Assembly: GCA_964016885.1 (NCBI GenBank) | Contig: OZ024750.1 | Location: 43,090,001-43,154,000 of the forward strand | Direction of reading: 5' to 3' | From: Eledone cirrhosa | Lineage: Eukaryota | Length of the DNA stretch: 64,000 bases | Part shown: piece after piece, positions 1 to 11,919 of the stretch | Numbering within the stretch: position 1 is the stretch's first letter | Layout: the number at the start of each line of letters is the position of its first letter | Made by a program: the position numbers and the translations under genes | The notes under the pieces: model-generated | Told to the model about the DNA's origin: nothing | The model's input: only the letters and a program-made list of their open reading frames with translations | Databases searched by the model: none

Positions 1-63
1 TTTATATATATATATGTATATATATATCTTTATATATATATATGTATATATATATATATAAAG

Positions 64-106
<43 letters not shown>

Positions 107-389
107 CAGGCTATAAATAAACACCTATACGCTCACACACATACAGTCACACTCACACACACACACACACAGAGATATACCCCCTCCCCCTACACACACA
201 TAGACAACACCACTCATTGTCTTAAATTACAAGTTATAATCCTGATGCCGCTGGAAGCTAGTTTTAGAATCTGTTTATAATTATGTACGACGAAAATGGT
301 GCAATATTTCGCTGTACACTGTTCAATAAGGCTGTGTGGTGTGGTATTAGCAGATCTCCTAGCCTACAGCCAAACACCAGTGTCACATA

Positions 390-1288
390 GCAGCCACTCA
401 CACAGACACACACACATACACACGCACACACACATACGCACACACACGCACACATACGCACACACACACACATTCACACGCACATACATTCAAACACACA
501 CAGACACACACTCACACACACATACAGACGCACATACATTCAAACACACACAGACACACACACTCTAACACACACACACACTCACACACACACATACACG
601 CACACACACACACACTCACACACACACACACACACATACACACGCACATACATTGAAACACACAGACACACACTCACACACACATACACACGCACATACA
701 TTCAAACACACAGACACACACACACACACTCACACACACATACTCACACACACACACATACACGCTCACACACACACATACACACGCATATACATTCAAA
801 CACACAGACACACACACACTCACACTCACATACACACGCACATACATTCAAGCACACATATACACACACACCCACACACACACACACTCACACACACGTA
901 CACGCACACACACACACACATACACACTCACACACACACACGCACATAAATTCAAACACACACAGACACACACACTCACACACACACATACACGCACACA
1001 CACACACACAGACACACGTACATACATTCAAACACACAGACACACATACATTCAAACACACACGGACACTCACACACTCACACACACACACACAGACACA
1101 CTCACACATACCATACACACAAATATATACACATACACACACACACTCACACGTAGATATACACACTCACACACACATACACAGATACACACACACAGAC
1201 ACACGCACACAGACAGACACACATACACACACACATTCACACACACACATAGACACACACACACTCACACACACACATACACCACACC

Positions 1289-1327
<39 letters not shown>
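390..1327. repeat. Degenerate (CA)n microsatellite with recurring CATACATTCAAACACACAGAC higher-order unit, ending in (TA)n
   Basis: Directly visible; overlapping HT/CV ORFs are artefacts. Confidence 0.9.
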
Positions 1328-1331
<4 letters not shown>

Positions 1332-1409
1332 GGATTTAAATGGATACTGTTCAGTTAAAAGGAATTTATTGACACGTGTTTCAATAACATATTACAATAC
1401 TACGGAAAA

Positions 1410-1460
<51 letters not shown>

Positions 1461-1462
<2 letters not shown>

Positions 1463-1574
1463 TTGAAATAAAATGAAAACGAAATTTCATTTCTCACTCT
1501 TAGTACGGCACTTACTTAAACGTAAGTATGTGTGTATACGTACATACATATATGTATACAGACGTACAGTAGCA

Positions 1575-1622
<48 letters not shown>

Positions 1623-2056
1623 CAGGTACACATACATATATGCACGTATCAGTTTAGCGGACGCTTATTATAACGCCGCTTTGTTCGTTTGTTTGTCAAC
1701 AAAATGAACAGTCTGAATTTTTATGCCGTACGGTGTTAAGGCAACCACGTCACCTTTTTGTTCAACACTGACACAGGAACGATGTACTAGTTTCAAGCTT
1801 GTTAGCTATCATCAGCACCGTATACCCATCTGCCAGATAGTTGAACGTTCGAAAGTATATACTTTCCTTATGAAAATTAACGGCTGAGCAGCCTAATTTG
1901 CATATTGAGTGAGTTAAATCGGTCAGGCATACCGAAAACGATAAGTTGAAAAAAATGAAAACGAAATTTCATTTCTCACTCTTAGTATGGCACTTACTTA
2001 AACGTAAGTATGTGTGTATACGTACATACATATATGTATACAGACGTACAGTAGCA

Positions 2057-2096
<40 letters not shown>

Positions 2097-2456
2097 TATA
2101 CACATATGCATACAGGTACACATACATATATGCACGTATCAGTTTAGCGGACGCTTATTATAACGCCGCTTTGTTCGTTTGTAAACAAACTGAACAGCCT
2201 GAATTTTTATGCCGAACGGTGTTAAGGCAACCACGTCACCTTTTTGTTCAACACTGACACAGGAACGATGCACGGCATAAAAATTCAGGCTGTTCAGTTT
2301 GTTTACAAACGAACAAAGCGGCGTTATAATAAGCGTCCGCTAAACTGATACGTGCATATATGTATGTGTACCTGTATGTATATATATATATATATATATA
2401 TATGCATGCTACTGTACGTCTGTATACATATATGTATGTACGTATACACACATACT

Positions 2457-2460
<4 letters not shown>
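1461..2460 (-). mobile_element. HHR-containing non-autonomous PLE-type/retrozyme insert in (TA)n: 483-bp unit + partial second unit + inverted partial copy
   Basis: AGTTGAAA..AAATGAAAACGAAATTTC starts at 1461 and 1944; direct copy stops at 2270; 2271-2460 is the reverse complement; (TA)n on both sides. Related 3' fragments at about 3285-3380 and 3950-4232. Confidence 0.8.
1779..1821 (-). ncRNA. Type I hammerhead ribozyme
   Basis: Minus strand ACGGUG-CUGAUGA-UAGCU AACA AGCUU-GAAAC UA GUA^CAUCGU: stem I ACGGUG/CAUCGU, stem II AGCU/AGCU, palindromic stem III ACUAGU, GUA triplet. Confidence 0.85.
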
Positions 2461-2530
<70 letters not shown>

Positions 2531-3071
2531 ACAACATTTAATATAGAAATGGCTTCTACAGGACTAGAACTGTTTCATCCGAATATGTTGAGTACCTTAC
2601 TTACTGTGGGTTGTGGTTAGCCTCGATTGAATTCGACACACACACACACACCACACACATACACACCACACACACATACACACACACATATATATATCTA
2701 TTTATATACATATACACACTCACTACCCATTTCTATCTCTGTTATTTCCATTTTCACTGATTCTATGCCTGCATATGCATCTGTCTGTATGTCTGTATAT
2801 ATATGTGTGTGTGTATGTATGTATGTATGTATGTATGTATGTGAGTATGTTTATGCATGCATTTATGTATGTATATATGTATGAATACACATATAAATAT
2901 GGTGTGTGTGTGTGTGTGTGTTTATCTTTGCAGTGTATGGTGTCCAATGCAAATGATGTGTATGCTTATGTATATACATATGTGTATGTGTGTATCTATA
3001 TATGGGTGTGTGTGGGCGTGTTTGTGTGTGATACCATATATTTAAGTATATGTATATATATTTACACCTCC

Positions 3072-3114
<43 letters not shown>

Positions 3115-3119
3115 CATAC

Positions 3120-3286
<167 letters not shown>

Positions 3287-3377
3287 TATGTATACGTACA
3301 TACATATATGTATACAGACGTACAGTAGTATGTATATATACTAAGAGTGAGAAATGAAATTTCGTTTCATTTTTTCC

Positions 3378-3430
<53 letters not shown>

Positions 3431-3457
3431 TATAAATACACACATATATATATGTAC

Positions 3458-3539
<82 letters not shown>

Positions 3540-3902
3540 CACCGGTTTGAGGCGTAGAACGAAATACATGTCGATGAAGTGAATCCCCTGTTCGATCATT
3601 GAACACCACAAGCTTACGTCTTACGTAAGTTGGATTGATGATTTCGGATTCATAGAAACATACCGGACGTATTGCAGAATATCGTTCGATCTGTCCAGGT
3701 CTGTTGTTTTAACCTGATTAGTTTTTTCGTTGTTTTGGTATTGTATGGCTGGGTTTTGCCTACCGCAATTTTCAATTTGTCAAGCTATCTAAACATAATG
3801 TTATTACTCTAAGGACCTACCCTTATTGAGGGCTTTGCTACTCATTCCTAATTGTAGGTCGACTTTGCTTGGCCGCAACCAAAATTTTACTAAGCTTCCA
3901 CT

Positions 3903-3904
<2 letters not shown>
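3540..3904 (+). repeat. Dispersed repeat ending in (TA)n; diverged relative at 22570-23041
   Basis: Shared blocks CTGTTCGATCAT, GTCCAGGT, TCAATTTGTC.AGCT.TCTAAA..TAATGTTATTA.TCTAAGG and common end CTTCCA(C/T)TTG(TA)n. Confidence 0.7.
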
Positions 3905-3939
<35 letters not shown>

Positions 3940-4228
3940 ATATATATATATAACTAGTACAGCGTTGCTTTGTCAGTGTTGAACAAACGAGCAACGATGG
4001 TTGCTGGACACTACGGCTAAATATGGGATGTTTGTTTATAAACACACCGAGCATTATAATAAATGTTCGGTGAATCCATACGTACATATATATATATGTG
4101 CATGTATGTATATATATATGTACATACTACTGTACGTCTGTATACATATATGTATGTACGTGTACGTACTTATATTTAAGTAACAGCCGTACTAAGAGTG
4201 GGAAATGTAATTTCGTTTCATTTTTTCC

Positions 4229-4268
<40 letters not shown>

Positions 4269-4295
4269 AAACCACAGACCCTCCATCTCAACTCA

Positions 4296-4333
4296 CCTTT
4301 TGAAAAGCAGAAGAACTGCGAAACCGGTAAAGG
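4296..4333 (+). ncRNA. Hammerhead ribozyme, U3-A8 core variant
   Basis: CCUU-UUGAAAA-GCAG AAGAA CUGC-GAAAC CG GUA^AAGG; stems I, II and III all pair. Same family on the minus strand at 23224-23261 and 43860-43897. Confidence 0.7.
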
Positions 4334-4468
4334 AACCAAATAAATATATATATTTAAAAAAAAAATAAGACTTCAGTTGCATTTTCGATTTCATCTCTTT
4401 TTCTTTATACTTTCACTCATGTAGGACACCTCGGTCATTTTTAATTTTGTAAAAAAACCCTCACTTTC

Positions 4469-4548
<80 letters not shown>

Positions 4549-4818
4549 AAATAGAATATTTGGAACATATTCCAAAAGTATTGTTTATACAAGTTAAATA
4601 TTTAAGCCAAACCGTGTTGCAATATATTTCTCTCACAATAATAAATTACTTATACAACTGATGGCTTGAGAATGTATTCCTGGCATTCGGAAGTTCTTCG
4701 GACTTGGCTGTTATTAGAATCATTGCCTCACCATTCTGCTTCCATAGTCTGCTGAACCCACGTCAGCACAAGATTCTTTAACATGATTCATTGCAAGTAT
4801 GGAATTTGTATATGGTAT

Positions 4819-5425
4819 TACCGTGTTTCATCTATTATAAGACCTACTCCAATATAAACCCTAGCATGATTTTTATGTTGCTGTCCAATATAAGCCCTAC
4901 TCTGAATATAAACCCTATCCTGAATATATGCCCTACTCTGAATATATGCCCTACCCTGAATATATGTCCTACCCTGAATATATGTCCTACCCTGAATATA
5001 TAACCTACCCTGAATATATGCCCTACCTTGAATATAACGCCTTCCCTGAATATAAGCGCTTCCCTGATATTAAGTCCAACCCTGAATATATGCCCTACCC
5101 TGAATATAAGCCACACGCTGAAAATATGTCCTACCCTGAATATAAGTCTTACCCTGAATATAAGTCCTAGCATTTTTGTGAGAAAAATAAATATAGAAAA
5201 TAACACACAACGCAGATTTCCAGAGTCTTGCTGTATATAATAAATTATTTTTATGATATTGTTTTAAACTTTATAATATATATCCTTTTATCAAATATTG
5301 ATACTTATATCAAATCTTTTGTGCTGTTATTTTTGTGTAAAAATAAAAGCCCTGCCCCCAAATAAGCCTCAGAGCCATTTTTGGAGGGAAAAATAATATA
5401 AAACCTGTCTCATATGGGAAACGTG
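4819..5425. mobile_element. Non-autonomous Tc1/mariner-superfamily (Tc2/pogo-like) MITE with an internal 18-bp tandem array (about 4889-5170)
   Basis: Left end TACCGTGTTTC..TATAAGACC, degenerate right end TGTCTCATATGGGAAACGTG; about 16 copies of ATATGCCCTACCCTGAAT. Family assignment is from recalled TIR style. Confidence 0.55.
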
Positions 5426-6059
5426 ATATTTCCTTTTCAGGTGACCTACGTTGAAGTTTCCAACCACCTTAATGAGATTTTTATTCAATTATATCGACTG
5501 TAGTATATATTTTTACGAGACTGGTATTTCTTTTTATTGAACCGCGAAAATGCTGACGATCTTCAATTGGTCCAATTGTTACTTCCAAGCAATTCAAAAC
5601 ATGGTTCAAATTAAACTCTGGTTCAAATTGAACCATATTTTAATGGTTCAACTTGCTAAACGTTTACCGCCCCCACCAAAAAACAAAACAAAAGAAAAAA
5701 AAAGAGAACCTAAAATAGAATTTTACTCAAACATGATTCTTTATTCCATGTGGATGTGTTATTTTTATTCAAAATACTGTATAAATCTGCATAATTACAC
5801 TAAATTAATAATTCTTCCAATCTGTTTATTTCTGAGACGGGAGTTATACAATACTTTCAACACTCCTCTCAGCAGTTATAAAGAACAATATCAGAACAGT
5901 GTTACATAGCTTATAACCTTTCCCTAAAAATGCTGCCCTTATATAGAAATATCAGCAACCAATGAGAAAACTACGGCTTTGAGCTAAGAACATACATTCA
6001 TACATACATACATACATACATATATATATATATAGATATACACACACACATACATACAT

Positions 6060-6090
<31 letters not shown>

Positions 6091-6557
6091 TACATACATA
6101 CATACATACACACATTCACACATACGTACACACATACATACATACGTACATACATACATACATACGTACATACATACGTACATACATACATACGTACATA
6201 CATACATACGTACATACATACGTACATACATACGTACATACATACGTACATACATACATCCAAGATACACATTCAGTTTCATACCCATCATTATTGGAGC
6301 TACAGATTATATACCAACCCACTTGGACCAAAATATGACTGAACTTGGATTTTAGGACAAATAACGTAGCTCCCTAATTCATAGACAACAAATGGCTGCG
6401 ATAGCTGGAACCTTCAAAATTTGCAAAACATTCTTGCGATTCAAGGGATGACAATTTCTTTTCTTATACAACCTTGCCACCAGGAAGGTGACCAGTCAAA
6501 AATGAACTCGAAATTAAGAGAAAGAGAAGCATACATATACTAATACATTCATACATA

Positions 6558-6868
6558 CATGGTGGTGGCTGCCAACTCGTTTTCGAGTACGGCCACTACT
6601 TTATATCCATGTAGGAGAACCCCTACCGATGCGCTGACGAGTGTGACTTTTTAGTCCAGCTAGCGACTTGAAAACTCTGGTACAAACACTACACTTGTGA
6701 CAATTATTGACACATAGTGCTGGGCCCATGGTACCATGTGACGACAAGTGCAGAGAGATCTCCAGATATAAAGCAATGCCTGTGCCGTGAAGCTTTTATA
6801 GTGAGCAAAGGCACTGCACAAAACCAGTCCCACTCTCTCAAACAAGATGATATTTACCAAAAAGAACA
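6558..6868. repeat. Dispersed ~300-bp repeat; near-identical copy at about 61589-61895
   Basis: GGTGGCTGCCAACTCGTTTTCGAGTACGGCC...GATATTTACCAAAAAGAA at both loci, flanked by (ATAC)n. Confidence 0.85.
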
Positions 6869-7683
6869 TACATACATATATACACACACACAAACAAGAT
6901 GGGTGCCCCTTCGTTATCGAGAATAGCCATTGCACGATATACCATTATTAATAATTATTAATTAATTCTATCGTACAATGCCTGTGCGTGAAGATTTTTT
7001 TTAAAGTGAGGAAAGACTGTGCACTGAGCCAATCCCACTCTCTGAGCGACATTAGCTATAACCCGTTGTCTTTAAATTGATGTGTATATTTTGTAGAATA
7101 TATTTAAACGTTTGTTTTATATTTCTTAACTATTTCGCCATTACATTTGATTATAACTCTCTCACTTAACCGAAAATTACATCTTTCAGACATGCCAGTT
7201 TTATCGATAGATTACATAACTACGACCAGTTGAATTTATCAATGTGCACTTAATGCACCTATTGACTTTTGATTTGATTGAAAAGAAGAGTTAAACTCCG
7301 ATGCAATCTTTATAAAATACATTACAAACTACAATCGATTGGTTTGCAAATGTCTGCCTGAACACATCGAAAGAAAAAAATGTCGTCCATTTTGTTTCAA
7401 CTAGAAACCAAGCCTACTTAAAAGTAAACCCCAAAATAACATATATATATATATATATATATACATATATATAAAGGAAATATAAAAGTGGAATTTTGTT
7501 TTCTGCATAATTTAGTAACGACTTTGTTTGTCAGGCCATATTTACTCACATTCCTCACAAAATAACCGCATCGTTTATACTTTATATTCTCGCCATCCCT
7601 TTTCACTTTCATCCATCTTGTTTTGTCGTTAGTTATTAATCGACGTCGGCTTATTGGCGCATGCGTGCGTGTCGTTAACTTTG

Positions 7684-7913
7684 ATATTGTTATTGTTATT
7701 GTTGATGTTGTTGTTGCTGTTGTTGATGATGTTGTTGTTGTTGTTATTGTTGTTGTTGTTATTGTTGATGTTGTTATTGTTGATGTTGTTGTTATTGTTG
7801 CTGCTGATGGTGTTGTTGTTGTTGTTGTTGTTGATATTATTGTTGTTGTTATGATCAAGTTATGATATTGTTTTACAATCATTGACTTGTTTTTGCTTTT
7901 TAATATTTTGGCT

Positions 7914-7984
<71 letters not shown>

Positions 7985-8165
7985 GATGATGTTGTTGACG
8001 TTGTTCTTGTTGATGCGATTGATACAGATACTACTGAAAATAATCACGATGAGGATGATAATGGCTGTGGTGTTGGTGGTGGTGATGGTGGTGATGATGA
8101 TGGTGACGATGATGATAATATGATGATGATGATGATGATGAAGATAGTCATGTTAGTGGTCATGG

Positions 8166-8197
<32 letters not shown>

Positions 8198-8960
8198 GCG
8201 GTAGTGTGATGACGGTGGTGATGATGATGATGATGATGATGATAATGTTGATGGTGATGATGGTGATGGTAGTGATGATGGTGATGATGATGGAGATGAT
8301 GGTGATGACGGTGGTGATGATGGTGATGGTGGTGATGATGATGGTGATGACGATGAAGGCGGTGGTGGTTATGATGATGATGGTGATGATGATGCTTGGA
8401 TGCTGTTTCTTTTTGTCTATTCTAACTTGAGATCAAAGAACGCCGAAGGAGTGCCATCGCTTCTCGGCTAAGAATGTATGGCGGGAAAGTTTGGTAATGA
8501 GTATAATTAGTGGTTAATAAACGGTAGAGTTAATGACTGTGATGGTATGGGAGATAGAGAGAGGGGCAGGAAGAGGAGGAGGAGGGGGAGGGGTGAGAGA
8601 GGCTGGAATGAGGAAGATGCAGAGAGAGAAAGAGGAGGGAGAGGAGAAGGAAAGAGGAAGGGTGTGAGAGAGTGGAGTAAGGGTGCAGAGAGAGTGCGTG
8701 AGAGAGGGAGAGAGAGGGGGGGGGAAGAGGAAGGGTGTGCGAGAGAGGAGGAAGGAAGGGGAAGGATGTGAGAGAGTGGAGTGAGAGAGAGAGAGGGAGG
8801 AGGGAAGAGGAAGGGTGTCAGAGAGAGGAGGAAGGAAGAGGAAGGATGTGAGAGAGTGGAGTGAGAGAGTGGAGTAAGGGTGCAGAGAGAGAGTGAGTGA
8901 GAGAGAGAGAGGAAGAGGAGGAGGAGAGAGAGTGGAGCGCGGAAGATGTAGAGAGAGAGA
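7684..8960. repeat. (GTT)n, (GAT/GGT)n and GA-rich low-complexity tract
   Basis: Directly visible. Confidence 0.9.
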
Positions 8961-9144
8961 GATATGCATGAGAGAAAGAGAGAGGAGGGAAAGTAATCAA
9001 CATTAGTTTGACAGAGAGGACCCCCCCCCACACACAATCACACAAACACATATATACATGCAAACATACATACACACATACTCACACACACATATATGTA
9101 CACCCACATATGTATATATATACGTTTGCGTGTATGTATAATAT

Positions 9145-9330
9145 CTGTTTCTACTTTTGGCACAAGGCCAGCAATTATCCCAGTGTATTACTGGTACTTT
9201 ATTTTATCGACCCCGTAAGGATGAAAGGCAAAGTTAACCTCGGCGGAATTTGAACTCAGAATGGCAAGGGCCGTAACTCTATGCTGGAAAGCATGGCGTC
9301 TGACCCTCTACCGATACTGCCAATCCACCG
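9145..9330 (-). mobile_element. tRNA-derived SINE family A (GCCTTTCATCCTTACGGGGTCGATAAAATAAAGTACCAG body)
   Basis: Minus strand TGGCAGTATCGGTAGAG (A-box-like) and GAGTTCAAATTCC (B box). Other copies at about 21003-21072(-), 28110-28330(+), 28335-28530(+), 35690-35800(-), 38870-38990(+), 41372-41575(-), 62241-62422(-). Confidence 0.8.
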
Positions 9331-9409
9331 AACACACATATATATAATATATACATAAACACAAACATATATATATATATATACATGTATACATATATAC
9401 ATACACACA

Positions 9410-9483
<74 letters not shown>

Positions 9484-9693
9484 CATATATACATATATAC
9501 ATACACACAAACATATATATATACACGTATACATACACACAGATATATATTTACATATTTGCATATATAAGCATATAGTTCTACTAATATGTAAATTCAC
9601 ACACACATAAACACACACACTCATTCTGAGCGATGTCTAGACACACATTTACCCCCAATCTTACACACACGTGTGTATGTTTTAGCAATGTCC

Positions 9694-9762
<69 letters not shown>

Positions 9763-9840
9763 CATCAGAGCAATGTCTAGACACACATTTACACACACAT
9801 GCATATGTGCATGTGATTTCTAAACACACACGACGTTGAT

Positions 9841-10571
9841 GTGACAGTCAAGATGAACCAGGTTTAAATAGCTCAGTTATGTGCCAGTCAAGATCAGCCA
9901 GGTTTAAATAGCTCAGTTATGTGACAGGCAGGATGAACCAGGTTTAAATAGCTCAGTTATGTGACAGTCAAGATGAACCAGGTTTAAATAGCTCAGTTAT
10001 GTGACAGTCAAGATGAACCAGGTTTAAATAGTCCAGTTATATTAGAGTCAAGATGAACCAGGTTTAAATAGTTCAGTTATGTGACTGTCAAGATGAACCA
10101 GGTTTAAATAGCTCAGTTATGTGACAGTCAAGATGAGCCAGGTTTAAATAGCTCAGTTATATTAGAGTCAAGATGAACCAGGTTTAAATAGTTCAGTTAT
10201 GTGACTGTCAAGATGAACCAGGTTTAAATAGCTCAGTTATGTGACTGTCAAGATGAACCAGGTTTAAATAGCTCAGTTATGTGACAGTCAAGATGAACCA
10301 GGTTTAAATAGCTCAGTTATGTGACAGTCAAGAAGAACCAGGTTTAAATAGTCCAGTTATATTACAGTCAAGATGAACCAGGTTTAAATAGTCCAATTAT
10401 GTGACAGTCAAGATGAGCCAGGTTTAAATAGTCCAGTTGTATTACAGCCAAGATGAACCAGGTTTAAATAGTCCAGTGATGTTACAGGGAAGATTAACAA
10501 GATGTAAGTAGTCCAGTCATGTGACAGTCAAGACGAACAAGGTTTAAATAGTCTGGTCATGTGACAGTGAA
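9841..10571. repeat. 40-bp minisatellite, about 18 copies
   Basis: Unit GTGACAGTCAAGATGAACCAGGTTTAAATAGCTCAGTTAT, degenerating toward the right end. Confidence 0.95.
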
Positions 10572-10756
10572 GAACTCGGATACACAGAGATATACAAATA
10601 TATATTACACTTTTACTCTTTTACCTGTTCCAGACGACACTACCTAGTTATTGCGAATCCAACATCTTACACACAGGCCATGCCTACATCTAAATTCATA
10701 CATGTTGTATGTTTGTAAGCTATGTATGTTTGTTTGTATGTAAGAATGGAATACAC

Positions 10757-10812
<56 letters not shown>

Positions 10813-10869
10813 GTATATATATATAATATAGAATATATTTATAAATATCTCTCTCTATATATATATATA

Positions 10870-11021
10870 GAAAAAGAGTCAGGACCCCGACGGCTGAGTT
10901 CGAATCGGCCGGAGCTCAGCCGTCGTGGTACTGAGTTTTTCATATTATCCACTCTACTACCCTAAGTATTGAGTACTCTGGTGCGTTATGGTCCACCTGG
11001 TATCTTACCACACCCTCTTTG
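10870..11021 (+). mobile_element. Short fold-back 3' fragment of the PLE family at 23677-25911
   Basis: GACCCCGACGGCTGAG / CTCAGCCGTCG inverted pair followed by CCACTCTACTACCCTAAGTATTGAGTACTCTGGTGCGTTATGGTCCACCTGG. Other fragments at 21155-21212, 37013-37204, 56417-56594. Confidence 0.8.
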
Positions 11022-11102
11022 TACACACACACACATATATATATATAAATATAATATTTAATATTATATAATTTAATATAATATAATATATAATATAATA
11101 TA

Positions 11103-11180
<78 letters not shown>

Positions 11181-11183
<3 letters not shown>

Positions 11184-11637
11184 AGAATTTTCACTCTACA
11201 TGGACGAATACAATAAATGTAATCTGAGACTTTCGAATATTAATAATAACACTCGATTCGTTTGCAATTATGCAAACAAACCTCATTTTTAAAGCCATGT
11301 CAGTAGAATGAACCCTTCATTCTTGCTCTTGTGTTGGCATGTAAACTGATCAACTAGTCTGCTAATATGAAAATCAGACCGATCAGTCACTGTATATTTT
11401 AGAAAATAGCATATATTTTCACTAGCTCTGACAGTGTGGCAGGTGAACAGTGAACTGTACTGATGAAGGGTGATACCCAGAAACATTAGTGTCTGCAGTT
11501 CTGTTTACATGCCAACACAAGAGCAAGAATGAAGGGTTCATTCTACTGACATGGCTTTAAAAATGAGGCTTGTTTGCATAATTTCAAACGAATCGAATAT
11601 TATTATTAATATTCGAAATACTCAGATTACATTTATC
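11181..11637 (+). mobile_element. Fold-back insert in (TA)n with a type I HHR at 11443-11508
   Basis: Inverted arms about 11213-11346 / 11503-11636; HHR GAACUGUA-CUGAUGA-AGGGU GAU ACCCA-GAAACA UUAG UGUC^UGCAGUUC. Confidence 0.8.
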
Positions 11638-11730
<93 letters not shown>

Positions 11731-11830
11731 AATATAGACATAGAATATTCGAAAATATTCTGTATGTTTATAATAAACATTTTGAAGACCTAATCGCTAT
11801 AGAAAAGAATACGTCACGTATTACAATTAG

Positions 11831-11919
11831 ATTCTCGATAAAAGCAAGGGAAGTAATCTACGCGTTTCATTCTTGTTAGAAATCATCAGGACTACATATC
11901 CAGTGCTTTTATCGAGAAT
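11831..11919 (-). ncRNA. Type I HHR, first of 12 minus-strand copies in the array
   Basis: Reverse complement of the motif described at 15473-15561. Confidence 0.88.

Noticed and set aside
264-375. Possible host exon on the minus strand (TGTAG acceptor near 363); also a possible donor near 4725
   Set aside because: Short, no recognisable protein similarity, and no partner exons can be supported.
3630-3670. UUGAUGA...GAAAC as a hammerhead
   Set aside because: Stems I and III do not pair, and the motif is not conserved in the related copy near 22770.
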